Of a DNA stretch of 64,000 bases, positions 57,531-64,000 are shown piece by piece. A model generated the notes under the pieces. The model did not search any database, was not told where the DNA came from, and saw only the letters and a program-made list of their open reading frames with translations. How positions within the stretch are numbered: the stretch's first letter is position 1; the number at the start of each line of letters is the position of its first letter. Made by a program: the position numbers and the translations under genes. Origin of the DNA: a bacterium (GTDB lineage Bacteria > UBA8248); the NCBI GenBank assembly GCA_965202625.1, contig CBDBBI010000010.1, forward strand, positions 1,696,001 to 1,760,000. Direction: 5' to 3'.

Positions 57531-58118
57531 CTAATCGCCTATTTCCTTGCGCGACGGCTTCGTATAAATCCGCTCTCCCCTGCCCTCCAGCGGGTAGTCC
57601 TTGCGCATCGGGTGACTACCCCAGTCATCCGGCAGGAGTATGCGCCTCAAATCCGGATGCTCCTCAAACGCGACCCCGAACAAATCATAGACCTCCCGCT
57701 CCATCCAGTTCGCGCTGCTCCATATTCTGGAGACCGACGGCAGGGACTGGCCATCCTTGGCCCTTACCTTCAAGCGCAGCCTACGGTTATGCTCGAAACT
57801 ATAGAGGTGATACAGTACTTCAAAGGGATTCGCCGCCTCGGGGTAGTGGGTCGCGGTCAGGTCCGTGAGCAACGCGAAACGCGCATCGGCGTGATCCCGC
57901 AGATAGGCGGCCGCGCGAGTGAGGTAATCTATTCCTATCACGAACGTCGCCTCGTCCTCGTCATCCCTATAGGCGCTTCTCTCCAAGACGACGCCCGGAA
58001 ACGCCGATTCCAGCAATTCCCTCAAGTCCTCGCCGACCAAGGCCTGTGCGAACTCGGCGGAATCTGAATCTGGCGCACGGTTCGCCCCCTCGCTGTTCTC
58101 CACCACTTCGTCCGACAT
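57531..58118 (-). CDS. nuoC: NADH-quinone oxidoreductase subunit C
   Basis: ANWMEREVYDLFGV.F..HPDLRRIL, HPMRKDYP; start at 58118 or 58145. Confidence 0.93.
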   Translation of the reverse strand: MSDEVVENSEGANRAPDSDSAEFAQALVGEDLRELLESAFPGVVLERSAYRDDEDEATFVIGIDYLTRAAAYLRDHADARFALLTDLTATHYPEAANPFEVLYHLYSFEHNRRLRLKVRAKDGQSLPSVSRIWSSANWMEREVYDLFGVAFEEHPDLRRILLPDDWGSHPMRKDYPLEGRGERIYTKPSRKEIGD

Positions 58119-58150
58119 TTTCTTCCCTTGCACGCGCATGGCCATGGATG

Positions 58151-58627
58151 CTACGCGCGAATATATTTTTCCTGCTCAATCTTCTTCTGGAGTTGCATGA
58201 CACCCCACATCAGGGACTCGGGCCGGGGCGGGCAACCCGGAACGTAGATATCCACCGGAATGATTTCATCCACTCCCTGCATCACGGCATAGTTCGCATA
58301 GGGGCCGCCGCAGGTGGCGCAGTTGCCCATCGCGATCGCCCAGCGCGGCTCCGGCATCTGATCATAGACCTTGCGAATCGCGTCTCCCATTTTGTGGGTG
58401 ACCGTGCCCGCCACGATTATCACATCGGACTGCCTCGGGGTGGCACGAAAAATGACGCCAAAACGATCGAAATCATATCGCGCGGCACCGGACGCCATCA
58501 TCTCGATCGCGCAACACGCCAAGCCGAAGGTCATCGGCCAAAGCGCGCTTTTTCTCGCCCAAGCGACAAGGCTGTCGACTTTCGAGGTGATGAAATTGTC
58601 GCTGAACCTGCCCTCGACTAGGCCCAT
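58151..58627 (-). CDS. nuoB: NADH-quinone oxidoreductase subunit B
   Basis: [29 protein letters not shown]. Confidence 0.96.
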   Translation of the reverse strand: MGLVEGRFSDNFITSKVDSLVAWARKSALWPMTFGLACCAIEMMASGAARYDFDRFGVIFRATPRQSDVIIVAGTVTHKMGDAIRKVYDQMPEPRWAIAMGNCATCGGPYANYAVMQGVDEIIPVDIYVPGCPPRPESLMWGVMQLQKKIEQEKYIRA

Positions 58628-59010
58628 TCCAGCGCTCCTTTTCTCCAAGCGTAGAAATAGCCGACCAAAAGGATGGCGATGAACAGCATCATCTCGATGA
58701 ACCCGAAGAGCCCCAGAGCGTCGTAGCGCACCGCCCAGGGAAACAGGAACAGTGCCTCGACATCAAAAAGCAGGAACAATATGCCCAGCAAATAAAAGCG
58801 TATGGAGAAGCGCTCATGCGCCTCCATCAGAGGGGGCATCCCGCATTCATAGGCGGAGTTCTTCTCCGGGTCCGGCGCGTTCGGGCGAACGAGGAGCGCA
58901 ATAACGAGGATGCTCGCGGCGAACGCGAACGCCATGAGGGCGAACAGGAATATGGGAACGTAGGGATTGATGACCTCATAATCCCTAAAAAAAGCGCCCA
59001 GAATTTCCAT
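58618..59010 (-). CDS. nuoA: NADH-quinone oxidoreductase subunit A
   Basis: [27 protein letters not shown]; GAGGAG RBS. Confidence 0.95.
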   Translation of the reverse strand: MEILGAFFRDYEVINPYVPIFLFALMAFAFAASILVIALLVRPNAPDPEKNSAYECGMPPLMEAHERFSIRFYLLGILFLLFDVEALFLFPWAVRYDALGLFGFIEMMLFIAILLVGYFYAWRKGALEWA

Positions 59011-59185
59011 TTGGGCTCCTCTTCAAAACAATGGCGGCGTGAGCGTCATAAAAACGCCCTCTGCCCGCCCATCACAAAAGTAGATGGTGGCCTTCCCTGA
59101 GAGTTCTCCACGCAAAAAATCCGTAAATCGGTTGAGACACCATGGTTTATATCATGGCGTTGGCTGAAAAACCAACCCCTGGGGG

Positions 59186-60664
59186 TCAATGAAAAAAGAG
59201 AGTGGAACGATAGGCGAAATCCATTGCCGGAGAGGGATAAATTCCCAGTTTTAGCGCGCCGGCGGCGGCGAGCGTCAGGGCGGCAACAGCGTAGGACCAG
59301 CCTGGATGCGGGCCGCGTCTCATTTCCTCTCCGGTGGGTTCTCGCATATACATCGCCACGACGACCCGCAGATAATAATATACGGCCACTACGCTGTTGA
59401 GCGCCGCGATTACCGCCAACCAGAAGTATCCGCCCTTCAGAGCCGCGCTGAACACGTAGAATTTCGCTACGAAGCCCCCCGTGGGCGGCAGTCCCGAGAG
59501 CGACACCATAAACACGGCCATCACCGCCGCAAGCCCGGGCCGTAGGGATGCCAGGCCTGCGAGATCATCCAGTCGCGCGCCGCCTTCCTCCCTCATACCC
59601 GAGGCGACGACCAGAACGCAGAAAGCACCCATGTTTATGAAGGTATAGACGAGCATGTAATACAGAAATCCGCCTGTAGCGAGCTCCGGGTTTGCGCGCG
59701 AGACCACAAGCGCAACCATGAGATAGCCGGCGTGCGCGATGCTGGAATAGGCGAGCATACGCTTCACGCACGACTGCCAGATAGCGACAAGGTTCGCCAG
59801 ACTCATAGTGAAGGCGGCCATCACCCACAGAATCGTGTCCAGATGCGCGCCCGCGTCGCCTGCCGACAGAACAATCCTGAAAAACGCCGCGAAAGCCGCC
59901 GCCTTGGGCCCCACGGACATGAAAGCCGTCACCGCCGTGGGCGCGCCTTCGTACACGTCCGGCGTCCACATGTAAAACGGAACGGCGGCCACCTTGAACC
60001 CCAGACCCACCACCATCAAACCCAGACCTGTCAAAAAGACGGCTCCCCTTGAAGCAGGATTCTCATGAAGACGCGTCGCAATCTCCACTAGGTCGATAGA
60101 GCCGGCCGCGCCATAGACGAGCGCCATGCCGTAGAGCAAAAAGCCCGAGGCAAACGAACCGAGGAGAAAGTATTTGAGGGACGCCTCGTTTCCCTCCGGG
60201 CGCGCGCGCAAATAGCCCACCAGGACATAGAGGGAAAGAGAGAACACCTCAAGGCCTACGAATATCATCAACAGGTTTCGGGTCGCGGCCATGAGCATCA
60301 TGCCGGAGGTGGCGAAAAGGATGAGACCGAAATACTCGCCCGCCGGCGCGCTCTCCAGCTCGCGCTGGGCTGCGGCGATAAGCGTCGCGAGAACGCTCGC
60401 GAACAGAATAACGATGAACACGAACTGCGTGAAGCCGTCGAAGAGATACATGCCACCCAGCGAAGCGGCTGTCCCTGGAAGGGTGCGGACGCCGAGCGTC
60501 GTCCCTAGGGCGGCGGCCAGCGTCCCCAACGTGATGGTGACGATGACGGCGCGCTCGCCTCGGGCGAGGAACGCGTCCCACATCAGCACCAGCACCGCGC
60601 CGCCCACCGGCAGAATCACCGGCAGTAGATATCCCCAATGGATCGTAGGATAAACGATATCCAA
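59186..60664 (-). CDS. nuoN: NADH-quinone oxidoreductase subunit N (set 1)
   Basis: EASLKYF, FKVAAVPF.MW.PDVYEGAP; likely TTG start at 60664, right after the nuoM stop. Confidence 0.93.
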   Translation of the reverse strand: MDIVYPTIHWGYLLPVILPVGGAVLVLMWDAFLARGERAVIVTITLGTLAAALGTTLGVRTLPGTAASLGGMYLFDGFTQFVFIVILFASVLATLIAAAQRELESAPAGEYFGLILFATSGMMLMAATRNLLMIFVGLEVFSLSLYVLVGYLRARPEGNEASLKYFLLGSFASGFLLYGMALVYGAAGSIDLVEIATRLHENPASRGAVFLTGLGLMVVGLGFKVAAVPFYMWTPDVYEGAPTAVTAFMSVGPKAAAFAAFFRIVLSAGDAGAHLDTILWVMAAFTMSLANLVAIWQSCVKRMLAYSSIAHAGYLMVALVVSRANPELATGGFLYYMLVYTFINMGAFCVLVVASGMREEGGARLDDLAGLASLRPGLAAVMAVFMVSLSGLPPTGGFVAKFYVFSAALKGGYFWLAVIAALNSVVAVYYYLRVVVAMYMREPTGEEMRRGPHPGWSYAVAALTLAAAGALKLGIYPSPAMDFAYRSTLFFH

Positions 60665-60666
60665 AC

Positions 60667-62223
60667 CTATTTTACCTCGATTTTCCGGGCGTAGGCGATC
60701 GCACCGCCTGGCGCTTTCCATTCGGGCGCGCCCTCCACGCGCAGCACTCGCCGGTTCACCTGCAATAGCCAGACTTTCGCCGAAGGTTCCACTCTCCGCA
60801 GCAACGGACCGGGATATAGACCGATCCAGAACATGAGCACCACCAAAGGCAGCATGATGATCCATTCACGCCGGCTCATGTCGGAAAGCCCCAAGTTCAC
60901 CCGCGCCCGCACCTCACCAAATAAAACGCGCTGGAGCATCCAAAGCATATAGACCGCAGAGAGTACCACCCCGGTGGCCGCGGCGGCAGCGAACCAGGCG
61001 CTGCGCTCAAACACGCCCAGCAGAATCGTGAACTCCCCCACGAAGCCGTTCAGCCCCGGAAGGCCGATGCTGCTCAACGCCGTGATGATAAAAAACGCCG
61101 AGAACGCGGGCATCACCCGAATGAGGCCGCCGAAGTCCTCGATCCTCCTCGTGCGCCTGCGCATGTAGATAAAACCCACGATGAGGAAAAGCGCCCCGCT
61201 GCTGACGCCGTGGTTCACCATCTGCAAAACGCTTCCCGAGGCACCAAGAAGGTTGAAGGAGAAAAGCCCTAAAATCACGAAACCCAGATGGCTGACCGAG
61301 GAGTAGGCTACGAGTTTCTTCACGTCGGTCTGCACCATCGCCATCAGCGCGCCATAGATGATCCCCACCACTCCCAGGCACATGAGCAAGGGCGCGAACT
61401 CATGGGCCGCAGTCGGAAACAACGGCATCGCCAGCCGCATGAAACCGTAGGTGCCCATCTTGAGGAGGACACCAGCCAGAATGACGCTTCCCGCGGTGGG
61501 CGCCTCCACGTGGGCGTCGGGCAGCCATGTGTGAAACGGGAAAACCGGTACCTTGATAGCGAAGGACACCGCGAACGCCGCAAACAGCCACGACTGCAAA
61601 GCGGGGTCCAGCGGCTCCCGAAAATGCGCCAGCATGTCGAACGTGCCGACGTCGCTCGCGAAATACAGCCAGATGATCGCCACGAGCATCAACACGCTTC
61701 CGGCCATGGTGTAAAGGAAGAACTTCACGGCCGCGTAAACCCTGCGGCCCCCGCCCCAGACCCCGATGATGAGATACATCGGAATCAGCATTCCCTCCCA
61801 GAAGACGTAGAACAAAAAGAAATCGAGCGCGAAGAACACGCCGAGCATCCCCGTCTCCAAGAACAGCAGGGACATGTAGTAGAGCCGCGTCCTGTGTCGC
61901 ACGTCGTCGAAAGAGAAGAGAATCGCTATAGGCGTCAGGAAGGTGGTCAGCATCACAAGAAGCAGACTGATGCCGTCCACGCCCACCTTGTAGGAGATTC
62001 CGAAACGGGGAATCCACGCAGCCTCCTCGACGAACTGCATTCCCGAGAATTCGGGACGAAAGGCAACGTACATTCCTGCAGACAGGGCGAACGTGACCAG
62101 GGAGACCGCCAGGGCGAACGCGCGAATGCCTCCGTTTCGGCCGCGCTCATCTTCACACGCGAACCCGAGCGCCAGCCCCCCGACCAGGGGCAAAAACAAC
62201 ACCAAAGTGATTATTCCAGGCAC
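60667..62223 (-). CDS. nuoM: NADH-quinone oxidoreductase subunit M (set 1)
   Basis: KVPVFPFHTWLPDAHVEAPT, LLKMGTYG. Confidence 0.95.
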   Translation of the reverse strand: MPGIITLVLFLPLVGGLALGFACEDERGRNGGIRAFALAVSLVTFALSAGMYVAFRPEFSGMQFVEEAAWIPRFGISYKVGVDGISLLLVMLTTFLTPIAILFSFDDVRHRTRLYYMSLLFLETGMLGVFFALDFFLFYVFWEGMLIPMYLIIGVWGGGRRVYAAVKFFLYTMAGSVLMLVAIIWLYFASDVGTFDMLAHFREPLDPALQSWLFAAFAVSFAIKVPVFPFHTWLPDAHVEAPTAGSVILAGVLLKMGTYGFMRLAMPLFPTAAHEFAPLLMCLGVVGIIYGALMAMVQTDVKKLVAYSSVSHLGFVILGLFSFNLLGASGSVLQMVNHGVSSGALFLIVGFIYMRRRTRRIEDFGGLIRVMPAFSAFFIITALSSIGLPGLNGFVGEFTILLGVFERSAWFAAAAATGVVLSAVYMLWMLQRVLFGEVRARVNLGLSDMSRREWIIMLPLVVLMFWIGLYPGPLLRRVEPSAKVWLLQVNRRVLRVEGAPEWKAPGGAIAYARKIEVK

Positions 62224-62259
62224 CCGCCTCTCCCGCTCCTCAAGCCAACCAGAAAAATG

Positions 62260-64000
62260 TCAACGCGCCGTGAGATACAACAATATGACCAGCGCGCCGA
62301 TCAGCATCGAAACGGCGTAGCTTTTCACGTAACCCGTCTGGAGGCACCGCAAGGCGCCACCCAGGGCGCGCGCGAAAAAACCCGCGCCGTTCACCGCCGC
62401 GTCCACCAAGCCATCCTCAAAAACTCTCCAGCACCAGATCGAAGCCCGCTTCACCGGCTGAACGATACAGGCGTCATACGCCTCGTCCACATAGTATTTG
62501 TTCTCCAGAAGTCGGAAGAGGCCCGGCCAGAGCGCGACGTAAGCGCTGCCGCCGTCATCGCGCGCGACGTAAAAGTTATACGCCATGTAAATGCCGAGGA
62601 GCGCGATGGCAAGCGAGAACAACATCATCAAAATCTCGAGCATCACCTCATGGTGCGCCTCCACGGGTCCGCCAATAGAAGGAGCGAGGAAATCCCCCAG
62701 AACGTTCGCCCCCGGAATGAGGGGAATCCCCACCCAGCCGCCAATGAGGGAGAGCGCGGCAAGCACCTGAAGCGGCAAGATCATGGAACGGGGGGATTCA
62801 TGGACCTTCTCCTGCTCCTCCAGTCCCAGCCTGCAAGAACCAAAGAACACCCGAAACAAGAGCCTGAACATATAAAACGCGGTCATCAGCGCACCGGCCG
62901 CCCCCGCGAGCCACAGGAGAACGCCGCCGCCATCAGCCGTCATGGCAGAGTACAGAATCGCGTCCTTGCTAAAAAAACCGGCGAAGGGGAATATCCCCGC
63001 GATGGCCAGCGCGCCAAGCACGAAGGCGTTGCCCGTTTTCGGAAGCGCGGCGTGCAACCCGCCCATCCGACGGATGTCCTGCTCGCCGCCCAGAGCGTGA
63101 ATCACGCTCCCCGCACCCAGGAAGAGAAGCGCCTTGAAGAACGCATGCGTCATCAAATGAAAAATCGCCGCAGAAAACGCCCCGACTCCGCACGCCAGAA
63201 ACATGTAGCCCAGCTGGCTCACCGTGCTGTAGGCGAGCACTTTCTTGATGTCGTTCTGTACCAAGGCGATCGAGGCCGCCATCAGGAGCGTGAGCGCTCC
63301 CACGGTCGCCACCACCAGCATCGCCGAGGGAGAGAGCACGAACAGCGCGTGCGTTCTCGCCACCATATAGACGCCCGCCGTCACCATTGTGGCCGCGTGT
63401 ATCAAGGCACTGACGGGAGTGGGACCCTCCATCGCGTCGGGGAGCCACACGTAAAGGGGAATCTGCGCACTTTTGCCAGTGGCGCCGGCAAACAACAACA
63501 GGCAGATGACCGTCGCCGCTGTGTTATCGGGACCAAGAAGCACGGGCGCCTTGGAGAACACAGTGGAGAAATCTAGAGAGCCGAATACATTATACAGATA
63601 AAAAAGAGCGATCAGAAAACAGAAATCACCCACCCGGTTCACGATGAAGGCTTTCTTACCGGCCTCGGCTGCCGCCTTGCGCTCGTACCAAAACCCAATC
63701 AGCAGATAGCTGCAAAGACCCACCGCCTCCCAACCCACGAACATCACCAGGAAGTTGTCCCCCAGAACGAGCATAAGCATGGAAAACGAGAAAAGATTGA
63801 GATAGATGAAATAGCGGACCACACCCCGGTCGCCACGCATGTAGCCCATTGAGTAAAGGTGAATCAGTGTCCCGACGCCCGTGACGACGAGGGTCATCAC
63901 TGATGCGACCGGGTCTAGGGCGAAGCCCGCCTTCACCTCGAAGCCGCCGATGGGAATCCAGTCGAACAAAAAGGCGCGAATGAGCCGATCTTGGGTGGGA
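62260..64000 (-). CDS. nuoL: NADH-quinone oxidoreductase subunit L (set 1), 5'-partial
   Basis: GKSAQIPLYVWLPDAMEGPTPVSALIHAATMV; the frame appears to continue past the window edge. Confidence 0.93.
   Translation of the reverse strand, partial: PTQDRLIRAFLFDWIPIGGFEVKAGFALDPVASVMTLVVTGVGTLIHLYSMGYMRGDRGVVRYFIYLNLFSFSMLMLVLGDNFLVMFVGWEAVGLCSYLLIGFWYERKAAAEAGKKAFIVNRVGDFCFLIALFYLYNVFGSLDFSTVFSKAPVLLGPDNTAATVICLLLFAGATGKSAQIPLYVWLPDAMEGPTPVSALIHAATMVTAGVYMVARTHALFVLSPSAMLVVATVGALTLLMAASIALVQNDIKKVLAYSTVSQLGYMFLACGVGAFSAAIFHLMTHAFFKALLFLGAGSVIHALGGEQDIRRMGGLHAALPKTGNAFVLGALAIAGIFPFAGFFSKDAILYSAMTADGGGVLLWLAGAAGALMTAFYMFRLLFRVFFGSCRLGLEEQEKVHESPRSMILPLQVLAALSLIGGWVGIPLIPGANVLGDFLAPSIGGPVEAHHEVMLEILMMLFSLAIALLGIYMAYNFYVARDDGGSAYVALWPGLFRLLENKYYVDEAYDACIVQPVKRASIWCWRVFEDGLVDAAVNGAGFFARALGGALRCLQTGYVKSYAVSMLIGALVILLYLTAR

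Noticed and set aside
61288-63576. Long antisense ORFs (also 8682-10388, 37146-38888, 41924-43450, 24064-25500)
   Set aside because: Shadow frames of well-supported genes in high-GC DNA, with no recognisable motifs.

Overview
GC-rich bacterial chromosomal window; no rRNA, CRISPR array, integrase or transposase was found. Left part (1-19 kb) is accessory-rich: an HD dNTPase-like gene with a YwgA-like partner, two divergent NDP-sugar epimerases, a partner-switching signalling module (REC-PP2C, RsbW, periplasmic binding protein, TorS-like kinase, STAS), a complete Zorya type II-like operon (zorA-zorB-zorE), a direct-repeat-flanked AT-rich gene and tandem pentapeptide-repeat paralogs. These blocks are punctuated by three copies of an unannotated ~140-170 bp repeat with ~11-bp internal periodicity. 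Middle part (19-44 kb) is an uncharacterised catabolic region: acyl-CoA dehydrogenase-like genes, a CoA ligase, SDRs, a DRE-TIM enzyme, an M24 peptidase, a ThDP decarboxylase, an AllG/DUF1116 protein, an amidohydrolase, a Liv-type ABC transporter and an orphan xanthine-dehydrogenase-family Mo subunit. Around tRNA-Phe (44.5-49 kb) several pseudogenes surround an intact DinB-like gene and an OsmC-like gene whose in-frame TGA sits at the catalytic Cys position and is followed by a SECIS-like hairpin (probable selenoprotein, split in two by the ORF track). Right part (49-64 kb) holds two tandem complex I gene sets: nuoLMN of an upstream set, then nuoABCDHJKLMN lacking nuoI and nuoEFG. All family calls come from motif recognition by eye; no database searches were run.
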